A DNA stretch of 64,000 nucleotides from Podarcis filfolensis. Taxonomy: Eukaryota. A program made the translations under genes and the position numbers. The stretch is from assembly GCA_964270895.1 (NCBI GenBank), contig OZ185443.1. One strand, given 5' to 3'. A model generated the notes under the pieces. It was not told the origin of the DNA. It saw only the letters and a program-made list of their open reading frames with translations, and ran no database searches. Of this stretch, positions 1-10,470 are shown piece by piece; the stretch's first letter is position 1, and the number at the start of each line of letters is the position of its first letter.

Positions 1-353
1 TCTGATCTTTTTGTCTGCCAGAGAAAAAAGGGGGACTTTATGAGTCACTGAAATGTTTACATCGTTGATGAGAGTGGGGAAACGCTGGCAAAAGCCCGCC
101 CTGGGAAAGTGGGGGTACGTTCAACCCATCTGGCTTTACCCTGAAATTAACCCCTGGTTTCAGGTAGGTGGGCTGGAAAAGCTTGTGACCTTGGAAAACA
201 TTTCCAGTTGGAGTAGACAATACAGGGTTAGATAGACCAGCAGTCTGTCTTAAACAAAGTAGATTCATATATTTATGTTGAAGATGGCCAGGTGATATTC
301 CACTAAAGTGGTGACAATTTTAACTGGCTGCTGCCAACTCTTGATGGGAAATG

Positions 354-354
<1 letters not shown>

Positions 355-428
<74 letters not shown>
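355..428. repeat. Compound microsatellite (TG)18(AG)19
   Basis: Read directly from the sequence: TG run 355-390 abutting AG run 391-428. Confidence 0.95.
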
Positions 429-433
<5 letters not shown>

Positions 434-2621
434 CAGTACACGAGGGCCACTCAGATTCTGCATCATGGATTATACTGTAAGATACAGCCATTTAATTCAA
501 ACACTCATCTCATTATGCTATCTGTGACCTTTTCTGTGCATCCACTTCCAGCAGTATCATAGCTGATAATGTCAAATACAAAGAAACACTTAAGCAGAGC
601 TGTTTTTTCATTAAATTGGTCTTTTGGCCTTACATAGAAAAAACAAACTCAACCCCAAGGAATAACCAAGTTGAGCTATGGTAAATATACATGGATTGAG
701 GTATGTTAGGAGAGGTTTTGGAATAATAATGCCACAGCTTTGTTTCATTTGTAAGCATAAATCCATGCACACATACTTGGCAGACGTACTTCTATCTAGA
801 GAAAAGACACAATAAAATGAGAGGAAGAGAAATCCACTGGCACATCACATGTTGACAGCTTTTTGCAAACTTTTCAATATTCTCATGTATGCATAAATTT
901 TAGTTTTTGTTTATGAGGTCCATCTAACTATAATTCACAACTTCTGTTAGCTTGTAAAATTTGATTGTAAGATCTGTTGGACAACATCAGAAGGGAGCAA
1001 CCTGATCTGTCACAAGCCTATCTTGGTGCCAAAGGCAAGCATGACATTTCCTTCCACTCCAGAAAAAAACCTACATTTACGTTTACGCCTGCTGTTGTGA
1101 ATGACAAAGATACAAACAAAAAAAGTGCCTTGAACCATTGCCAATTACAACTGCTTTCTCATCCAAGATGGATCATAGATGGTTTTCTACTCCAACAGCT
1201 TCTTCCCAAGTTTATTTTAGAACACACACACACACATTGTGTGTGGAAATGTGGTGCAACAATGACAACACACCCACCCATGTCTGAGAAAATCTAATCT
1301 AATCTAAAATGAAACTCTAGCTGCATTCACACGGCAGTTTATTCCATTTCCCCAACATTTCCCTAAATTTGTCCATTATATTTGAGCTTTTACATGATGT
1401 AAAAGCCAGTTCCAGAAAATTAATGTGATACAAATGGATATAGTGCAAGTTTAATGCTCATTTCTATGTTATTTGATTCTGCAAAAAATCTGCTTGCAGC
1501 CACCATAATATGGAAACATTTCCCCACCATTTTTACAGGTTCCTGCTGCTTCCACTCATGTGATGAGCCGTGAGGTGGCATCAACGGCAGATCTACTATG
1601 AAACTAATGAAGCTTAAGCTTCAGGGTCCCTAATCCCAGAGGGGTCCCAGGAAAAAACCTGAGGCTACATTGCTTAAAAATGTTGGGTCTAGTAGACCCA
1701 ATTGAGTGGCCCAACTCAAATTGATTATTATTATTTTGTATATATTTCAACAATTCCAAAGCTTGAGAGTCAGTAGCACCACTATTATAAACATTCTCTT
1801 GTGCCTGTGTAAATTATGCCAGAGCAATAACTATGATCTGTTGCAGTGAAGTGCTTAGAAGCCTGATCAATTCACCGTGACTTTTGACAAGCACAGAGCC
1901 AAGCTGCAAGGCTTCGGCCAAACTTTGGGAGTGGGGTAGGGTTCATCTCTTTTCTTCTGTAGCTCTGGGTTTGGAGAAAGCCTTTGGCTCATCTCACCCA
2001 CCAGATCATGGTGAGGAGAGCAAATGAGACTCTTGAATCCTCTTCTAAACATTCTAGCACACAGACAAACCAACAGTTCATCCAATTTGGGCTACTGGAC
2101 CAGTATTGCCAGCTTTACAAGTGTTTCACTATCCACCCTGAGTAGATAGTCCATGATAGAGTTCACTGAGCTGAGCATCTCAGCTGGTCACTTGGGCTGC
2201 CTGCCCCTAAATTTGGCCCATCTTCAGCCTCGCTCATGGCACACTTCTAAGCCTGCCCAGTAGAAATGGTCAGTTCTGTGTACACATGCCTTTCTTTGAG
2301 TACAATGACCTGCTCCCTGCATTGAAGTGAAGGTGGTGAAGGGAAGGAGCTTCCACACACAATGGCCTTTGCTTACATAGAAGTTCCCTTGGCATTCTCA
2401 ATCAGGGTGGATGGGTATTTTTCAGCAACCCATGATCCTTCATGAATTTCAGTAAGGCTAGGCAGATTGGACACAAACATTACAGGTTTCTTGAATCCAA
2501 ATTTTATTTTATTGGCTAACTCAAAATGCCAGTCCAGGAAACTTGCAATACAAACTTTTGTACTAAAAACGACTTCAAAGAGGGTCCCCCCGCCCCATTT
2601 TTCCTCTCCTTAACTCGAACC

Positions 2622-2647
2622 ATCAATCAATCAATCAATCAATCAAT
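2622..2647. repeat. (ATCA)n tetranucleotide microsatellite
   Basis: Direct tandem repeat of about 6 units. Confidence 0.9.
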
Positions 2648-4028
2648 TGAAAGATGGCCTTATACATTTGACATCCTTGCCCAGACTGTACACGGAGCCC
2701 TTGTCTTAATCGCTGTGACTTTTTATACAATGCAGGCTCTCTTTCTGCTCTGAATGCCACACTCCCTCTTCCTCTGAAAAGAATGGCTGAGAAAGGAGAT
2801 GGAAGCAAGGCTTGTCCCTTCTTTTAAAGGTAACACATCCATGTAAAGGAGCCTACCTTTGATTACTGAGGTGGGTCTCCCATTGCCTGGGTGTATTATT
2901 CAGTAAACTGTTTACATTAACAACCCTTTGTTGCAGGTTCTAAATCTTCAAGGCTGCGAGTTCAGGCCTGCCAGCTGGCAGACAGAGAGGTACTTGTGCT
3001 ACAGTTGACTGAGGTAATTAACAGCATAAACTGTCAGAAGGTGACAGCAGGCAGAAAGTTCCTGCCCTGGGGTCACAGCTGGACTCCGCCAGTTTGCTCC
3101 TTGGTTTACCAGTAAAACTAATAATGGAGGGAATATTAGTATTAAATTATTAAACCAGAGAGGCAAAAATGAAATTTCTCGTTTCCGCCCAAGGGGTAAT
3201 TGGAAGCAAAATTAGGGGTTATATTTTGTAATGTACTTAAGCCACCTCTGAGAAAAAATGAACAGGATCTTTCTGCGCATAGATAAGAAATTGCTGGTTA
3301 GAAGCAAAAGTTATTTAGTGGGCATATTAACTTTAGATATACCAGAGTTTGAGGGAATGGCATACTAGTGAAATCAGTACATCTATATAATCCAGAATGG
3401 CCCTCTTTTTATTTGGGTGTCAGTCAATTAACTGAGCCACACCTTAGTGCTTAAAATGTATGGTATTTGAGGTATCAGCAAGCTTGGGGGAACCCCAAAA
3501 TTTGCAAAAGTACAAATGGATTGGGGGCAGTGGCAAAACAGTCCAATGAAGACTATGCTCAGTGGCTGTGGAATGCTGACTAGCTGTTGAGCAGAATGGT
3601 GGGAATGGAAAACTGGGTGGAAGGAGGAACAGAATGGAGCAATCCATATTTGCCTTATCTATCCCCCCCCCTTTTTCTAACCTGAGAGCACTGAAGAAAA
3701 ACGTAACATGCTACCTAATTTTCAAGTATTGCACAGTTTCCCTACATGTTACTTTATCTAATAACCAGCCCTGCCTCCCCCTCCTTTCTTTAGTGCATAC
3801 AAACCCAATTCAATAATATTCTGGGGCAGATTTCTTTTCAGACTTTGGGTGCTGCGTCGCTATAAAACTGTCACACTAAAAATAACAGCTATTTGCATTA
3901 CAAGTGGATTTGTAATGATTATATAATAATACTTTATGAATGGCTCTGGATTACCAAGAGTGAGACTGTTGTCCAAAAAACCTCAAACTATGCATAAGGC
4001 AAAAAGTGGCAGCCAGAGCAGAGTTAAA

Positions 4029-4099
4029 GAGCCAAGTCCTAATCCTATTGAAATCAGTGGCAAACTCTTGCTGATCTCAGTAGGATCAAGATTTGGCTC
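4029..4099. repeat. Short palindromic interspersed repeat (MITE-like hairpin)
   Basis: gagccaagtcctaatcctattgaaatcag is an imperfect inverted repeat of ctgatctcagtaggatcaagatttggctc (29-bp arms, 5 mismatches). It carries the cc(t)attgaaatca motif typical of old reptile palindromic repeats. Confidence 0.6.
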
Positions 4100-4802
4100 A
4101 CAGCTGACAATGTTTCATAGTGTTAATGCAAAAGGACTCTGAGTGCCCACCATTTCTAAGCAGATGTTTGGAAAAGTCCTTTTGTTTTGACTTGTTTAAA
4201 TAACTGGGATGTACTTTGTTCTGATACAAATACAGGCATTCTGGCAATAACAAAACAACAACAACACCCAGCTAATATACCATTTGAATAACTGGACATC
4301 TGACCCCCCCCCCTTTGCTGGTTCTAGGGCTTTTGGTCTTTATAAAAATTGTGTAAATGAGGAAATAGTGCCAACAAGCTATTAGCAATAGCAATTTCCT
4401 AACTGAAGTGGGAAGCATCCTGCATGTTTAAATAAATATTGTTAACGGTGACCTCTTGGTTTTACAGGGAATGATAAGGCAATTGTTTGACCTATATGCA
4501 GCACATACAGTATTCATAGCTTGAGCGCAGCAAGAGAACAGGAAACAATAAATCAGAAATTAGAGCACTGATTGTTATACCTAATTGCATCAGACTTCTG
4601 CTTAATTTCTCGCTCTGTCATTCTAACCTTATTTTCTTGCCAACAGGCTTTGTAAATTGCTGGTGTCACGTACAAACAGCAAATGATAATCTTTAGTTCC
4701 TATGATTGACAAATGAATGAGGGGGAGAACATAGTTTATTATGGAAGAATGAACTGAGACACACACCAGATACCTGCTCAGATGGTCTTTTAATTCGCTT
4801 AC

Positions 4803-4883
4803 CATAATGGGTTGCGTGGTATGGTGTTTTGCCAGGGGCATGGATTTGGGCACTATGACTCATTAATTGGATCTGAGCTTGGT
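4803..4883 (-). CDS. Candidate 81-nt frame-preserving cassette exon (xQAQIQLMSHSAQIHAPGKTPYHATHYx); unidentified
   Basis: Minus strand: branch-like ctgat, pyrimidine tract and acceptor (gttcccctcccctgctttcttggttatcag), donor ATG|gtaagc. Only the phase-1 frame is open. Peptide not recognised. Confidence 0.25.
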
Positions 4884-5271
4884 CTGATAACCAAGAAAGC
4901 AGGGGAGGGGAACGCATCAGAGATTTAAATGGGGGGAAATGGCAGGGATTGATCTGGCTGAGGAAAGAGATAAAATTGTGGAAAGGGCACTTAAGTGAAA
5001 TGTGAAAATAGCACCAGCTAAGTTAGTCAACATGTCCAGTCTTTAAACAGTGGTATTTGTTGCGATGGGGTTCAGAGAAAAAACAAGCAACCATGTAATC
5101 AGGCATTCAGAGAAAACCTTACTTTATTGCAACACAACTAGACTGATGGAAAAGCTCCACCCAGCAAGCAGAACTGGAAGAAAACTACAGAAGCCCATTC
5201 AGGCCAAAAAGGCACAAACCTAACCCATTAGCATGTACTACAGTACTATTGCACATTTTATCCCACAGAGT

Positions 5272-5418
5272 ATCACATGGATCTGCTGCCTGGAAGATGT
5301 GGTTGGACTCCCATTAGGGTCAGTTAGCGTGTGGTTAAACCTTCTAGATCTTGAAGTACATGCTAGCTGACCCTGATGGGAGTCCAACATCATCTCCAGG
5401 GTGGCAGATTCATATGAT
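5272..5418. mobile_element. Fold-back MITE with ~60-bp inverted arms
   Basis: Arm 5272-5332 is the approximate reverse complement of arm 5358-5418, with a 25-nt spacer. The core ttggactcccat...atgggagtccaa resembles the lizard hAT-type MITE also seen at 10354 and 37913. Confidence 0.7.
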
Positions 5419-5550
5419 AATCTGTAGGTCAACAGTTCTTCATTTCTGTCTAACAACTGTGGATGATGTATTGTACAGCTACATCATCCCTGTTCTGTGT
5501 GTTCACTCCAAAGCCCAATCAGACAGCAGCCCAGAACAGATTTCCTTAAA

Positions 5551-5714
5551 AGGGGACACTATTGCTCAGTGGTAGAACTCATAGTTTACACGTAAATAGG
5601 TTCAATCAAGGATCCTAGGTCTCCCCAGCTGCCTACAAGCAACCACCAGTTATAGTAAACAATAAATGGCTAAATAGATCAATGGCCTGCCAAGGTAGAT
5701 TTCATGTATTCCTT
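5551..5714 (+). mobile_element. Degenerate tRNA-derived SINE
   Basis: Head has gctcagtggtaga (A-box-like) and ggttcaatc (B-box-like). The 3' part is a diverged version of the SINE body at 6205-6783. Confidence 0.5.
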
Positions 5715-5974
5715 GTGGTGTTGGTGATGATAACTGATACCATAATTTCAGGAGAATTAATACAGTTGTGGATGAAAAGTACAGGACTCTTGGAATAAGA
5801 TCTAATAGCTATGAGCGCTCCATTAATATGTTATTGGCTAGTGATCAGAAGAAAATTTAAGATGAGTAAAGCCCTGGAATAGTCTCCCAAAGACAGTTTG
5901 GGAACAAAACAAAAAAAGTGTCAGTGGTTTCAGAGGAAAACTGGATGCATTTCAGAAGAGTAATCTGTGTAGTA

Positions 5975-6200
5975 CAGTGGTACCTTGAATTACATACGCT
6001 TCAGGTTACAGACTCCGCTAACCCAGAAATAGTACCTGGGGTTAAGAACTTTGCTTCAGGATGAGAACAGATATCGTGCTCTGGCAGTGCGGCGGCAGGA
6101 GAAGGCCCCATTAGCTAAAGTGGTGCTTCAGGTTAAGAACAGTTTCAGGTTAATAACGGACCTCCAGAACGAATTAAGTACTTAACCTGAGGTACCACTG
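5975..6200 (-). mobile_element. pogo/Tigger-type (Tc1/mariner superfamily) MITE
   Basis: TIRs cagtggtacct...aggtaccactg flanked by TA on both sides. Internal sequence is the reverse complement of the copy at 28969-29194. Confidence 0.9.
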
Positions 6201-6204
6201 TATT

Positions 6205-6783
6205 GGGGAAGGGCTGTAGCTGAGAGGGAAAGCACATGCTTTGCATGGAAATAGTTCCGACTTCAATCTCTGGCTGAGATTGACACCTCTCTGATACCCT
6301 AGAGAGCTCCTGCAAGTCAGTATAGGCAATAATAAGCTGGAGTAGTGGTTCCCAACTGGGGATTCACAGATCCCAGGGGGTCAGCGTAACCCACCCAGGG
6401 GATCTGTGCCACATACTCATCAACTGTCCAGGACATCCAATTTTAACTGTGCTCTCACATGAGAGCACAGTGCCCCAAACCCCATGAGATTGTGGCCATC
6501 ACACCCAAAAATGTACATTTTGGGGTGCCATGCTCTTGTGAGGGTCATGTGACTTGCACAGGAGCCTGACCTGAAAGATAATCATCTCGGTTTTGCACAT
6601 GTTGGAGGATATGGTGGCACCATTCACCTAACCAAAACTACACAGAGATATCAACATTTTCAGAAGTAGAGGGTCCATGGCATGGCTTTTGAAGAGCTGG
6701 GGGTCCACAGTTCTTAGCTAACTGGGGACCACTGAGCTAGAGGGACCCAATGGTCTGACTCAGTATAATCTTCCTTCGTATGT
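6205..6783 (+). mobile_element. tRNA-derived squamate SINE, split by a hAT MITE
   Basis: tRNA-like head gggctgtagctgag...ttcaatctctggc and body ccctagagagctcctgcaagtcagtataggcaat. The body resumes after the MITE as agctagagggacccaatggtctgactcagtataa. Confidence 0.7.
6343..6734. mobile_element. hAT (Charlie/Buster-like) non-autonomous element
   Basis: Imperfect TIRs tagtggttccca...tggggaccactg. 8-bp TSD agctggag/agctagag (7/8 match). Confidence 0.8.
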
Positions 6784-8172
6784 CGAGTTTCAGCCAGGGC
6801 TGTGCATTTTCTGTGCTAAAAGAACATTTCCTTCTGCATTGAGAACATTTAAATGTTCTGACGTGTGAAACATGTGTGTACTTGCATAGTTTGCATAATT
6901 GTAATCTGCCTTTGTTTGATAGAAAGGCTAAAAGCTAACTGGGACCCTACAAACACCCAAAGAGGCAGTGCATTAGATTACAACCTTAATGAATGACCAA
7001 GTCCATTCGGGAAAATGTGGTTCTTCTGTTGTACCCACAAAATCCTGGGGGACTGAGCCGGGGTTCAGTAGCCCTTTATGGAGCATAAGAATAAAAACAT
7101 AATACAGTCTCCGTTGCTATTGTAATCTTGCTGCTGCTTCAGATTATTTTATTGTGGATAAATACACATAAACCCTATGTGCTTTTAGATTGCTGCCTTT
7201 CATTTACTTGGCTTTTCAATTTGTAAACCGCTTTATCCTGGATTGTAAAACTACCTTGCAAAGTGGAAATGCACAGCTTGCAAAATTAACTAATTTAAAA
7301 AATGGATGAATTAAAATGGGATAGTAAAAGGATTTAGTAAGGAAATTGATCCATAAGATGCTAGATTTGAGTTATCTTTTCCAGGAATTAGTAGTACAAC
7401 TAATCTGTGCTCAGTTACAGAAGCATTCCCTTTTCATGGGGCATCATAAATTGCTTTCATCAAAGACTTTGCTAAAATATTCCAAAATCTTTTTATAAAA
7501 GTTAAAGATAAAGCCATTAGGCACAGGCACTTTATTGCTTTTTAGGTTTTTAATTGCTTGGACTCCTTCCTTCATTGTAACTTGAGCAGCCATACTTTGT
7601 TTATTGCCATCACTTAGCCTGCTATTTTTAGATTAGAAAAAAATATTTATTATATTTTGATCAAGATAATTTGGAATATACCATTTTAGAATACCTTGTG
7701 AGCTATCCAGCTATTACTTCATTACTTAATTCATTGAACAAAGTTAAAGACATCAACATGTTTTCTTATTGGTGGGTGAAATCATGATCATTACATTCCC
7801 CCCCCGGCTAGTCTATAAACTAATAATATTTATTGTTTTTCTCATAATTCAAATAATCTCTGCCTAGTGTAAAGCATGTTCTGATACAGTTCATGGTAAT
7901 CTAATGTATTCATTGTCAAACAATTTTGTTAGTATTATAAGGGATCTACTTTTCTTATGAAGGCCTTCTGAATTCTCAGTATCTGTTTCAAAAGGTTTCT
8001 TTGTTCATTTCTATGTTGGAATAATGCTTTTTCAAATATGGACAAGTAGTGACAAACACAGTATATGTATGCATGTGTGTATGTACACACACACACACAC
8101 ACATACACACATGTATATGTGTGTATATCTATATCTATCTATCTGTATCCATGGACAGAAATTTTAGACATA

Positions 8173-8409
8173 CAGTGGTATCTCAGAACTCGAACCGTAA
8201 TCCATTCCGGAAGACCATTTGACTTATGAAAAGTTTGAGTTCTGAGGCATGGCTTCTGATTGGCCGACAGCTAAGTTTTTGCACAGCAGAAGCCGCGTCG
8301 GATGTTCATGTTCCCAGGAACGTTCGAAAACCAGAACACTTCTAGGTTTTCAGTGTTCGGAAGCTGAAACGTTCGAGAATGGAGCCGTTTGAGTTCCGAG
8401 GTACCATTG
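8173..8409. mobile_element. pogo/Tigger-type MITE (related subfamily)
   Basis: TA-cagtggtatctc...gaggtaccattg-TA termini. Internal sequence differs from the 5975 and 28969 copies. Confidence 0.8.
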
Positions 8410-9245
8410 TATTTCTACTGCACACACATACAAATGCTGAATGATTTTTTAACCAAAAAAGATTCAGAAGAAGGCTGAATTTCAAATTACATAAAAATCT
8501 TTCCCTTTATAAAAGCAATGGGTCTGGGAAGAGCTGTGAATAAGAAGAGAGAATTGGTGGGTGCTTCTGTCAATGTGCCCATGGGTTGTGGTATACAGCA
8601 TTAGGAATCTTCTCAATTTATTGCTTAATATTTACCTTCTCAATTATTGCTTAATATCTACAAACTCTCTAAGCAATATTTACAAACTCTCTAAGCAGTG
8701 TGCACCATTAAAACAATAAACAACATGATCAAAATAAAAACATGACATCAATAAAAGCCTATAAAAGCAAAATACAGGAATTCAGACAAATAAAAACAAG
8801 GTCCAGTCTTATGGATCAGGGAAAGCCTGGCGAAAAAAGATATGCCTTTACAAGACATCTGCTGCTTCACATATGGTAGAAAGAAGGGAATCTCATAGTA
8901 CAAAGACAGTGGTGGAAAATGCCTGTTTTCGGATCATCCCCCCATGATGTTCTGTAGGTTTACAAGCCAGGACAACAGGGAAAGCAATTAGAATTCATAT
9001 GATCCTACCCTCTTCTGGTTTCTTTGAGTTCAGTCTCAGATACGAACATCACAAACTGAAGCTAGTAAAGGTCACCTGAAAATATGGAAATGCACAGTTT
9101 GAAAAACTTTAAAAAATAATATCAAAAGCTGTGCTGAGGGGCTGTCATGCAATTGGTATGCTTCAAAATACTTGCTAGCACTTTTTCAGCTGATTCCTGG
9201 TTATCTGATTTTGTGCTAAGTTCTAGAAGAATGAGTTGAGTTGAC

Positions 9246-9522
9246 CAGTGCTTTTTCTTCCCCTAAAAAAATGTTTAGGAGTACTCTAGGAGAGCCAGTG
9301 TGGTGTAGTGGTTAAGAGCGGTAGACTCGTAATCTGAGGAACCGGGTTTGCGTCTCCACTCCTCCACATGCAGCTGCTGGGTGACCTTCGGCTAGTCACA
9401 CTTCTTTGAAGTCTCTCAGCCCCACTCACCTCACAGAGTGTTTCTTGTGGAGGAAGGAAAAGGAGAATGTTAGCCGCTTTCAGACTCCTTCGGGTAGTGA
9501 TAAAGTGGGATATCAAATCCAA

Positions 9523-9556
<34 letters not shown>

Positions 9557-9704
9557 TTCTTCTTCTTCTTCTTCTTCTTCTTCTTCTTCTTCTTCTTCTT
9601 CTTCTCATTTTCCTACTCATATTGAAATACTGCCCCTCAATGAGGCCAAACTTAGATTCACAATATGCTTAGGGGTATGCGTCCCCCCAGAAAAAACAGC
9701 ACTG
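9246..9704. mobile_element. hAT-type MITE interrupted by a Squam3-type SINE
   Basis: Termini cagtgctttt...aaaacagcactg. With 9289-9605 removed, the sequence matches the reverse complement of the element at 36685-36815. Confidence 0.75.
9289..9605 (+). mobile_element. Squam3-type (MIR/Ther1-derived) SINE with (CTA)n(CTT)n tail
   Basis: Head ggagagccagtgtggtgtagtggttaagagc with A box, and core ctgggtgaccttcggctagtcac...ctctcagccccactcacctcacag. Tail: CTA repeats 9524-9555, then CTT repeats to ~9605. Family name recalled from memory. Confidence 0.8.
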
Positions 9705-10353
9705 CTTAGGACTCAACGCTTGCAGCTAGAGTGGGGTTTGTCTAATACTGACAGATCAGCATTTCACTCTTCTAATTTGATGTGTATCCTTGTTCAAAAG
9801 TATTAATTTCACCCATAAAAATATGTTCAAGTTTTGGTAACATTCAGTCCACATTTATGGAGCTTTTCCCTTCTTTCTACTTTGAGTAGTCATTCTTCAA
9901 CTTCTCTTTCAGTTCCTACAGTATCACATTGTGTTTGACATGTGGGTCTAATAGTAACCTGAACTCCATGTATTGCAGCTCCTACTGAACACACATAGCC
10001 TCTACTAAGTCAAAGAGTTGCATGAGCCACATACCTTTGTACAGCTCCCATAAACAACATGGCCTGGTTAATTTGCACCATCCTAGTTTTCACCTGTGCA
10101 GCACATTAAATTGCACAGGCTGTTAAATGGGACAGCTTGATAAAACCACCCTACTGTATTGCACTGTGCTTTAAATCCCAAAATGTGTTGAGCTACACCT
10201 CAGTAAATTACACCTTCAGTTAATATACAGAGCCCAGTAATTTCTCAACCTGTTAATTGCACAGTCCACTAATCATGATGTCTTTGACTTATTGAAAAAG
10301 TCTTTATTTATGTACAGTTCAAATTCAGCTAATGGCATCTCATCCACAGAGAA

Positions 10354-10470
10354 CAAGGGTGGGGAGCCTGCAGCCCTTCAGATGACGACTCCAACTCCCA
10401 TCACTCCCAGCCAACATAGCCAACAGTCAGCGATGATGGGAGTTGGGAGTCCAATAGTATCTGAAGTCCA
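10354..10470. mobile_element. Degenerate hAT-type palindromic MITE
   Basis: caagggtggggagcctgcagcccttcagatg start, plus the internal hairpin actccaactcccatca...tgatgggagttgggagt. Same family as 37913 and 14655. Confidence 0.65.

Noticed and set aside
638-700. 63-nt open frame between catag| and |gtatgt (KKQTQPQGITKLSYGKYTWIE)
   Set aside because: Modest acceptor, unrecognised peptide, and such pairs arise often by chance in this window.
2937-2989. VLNLQGCEF peptide reminiscent of a PH-domain strand (kindlin MNLRGCEV)
   Set aside because: The similarity covers only ~6 residues, the donor (gtactt) is weak and the frame stops shortly after.
9406-9672. ORF with poly-T/poly-L tract
   Set aside because: Artefact of the SINE (CTA)n(CTT)n tail.
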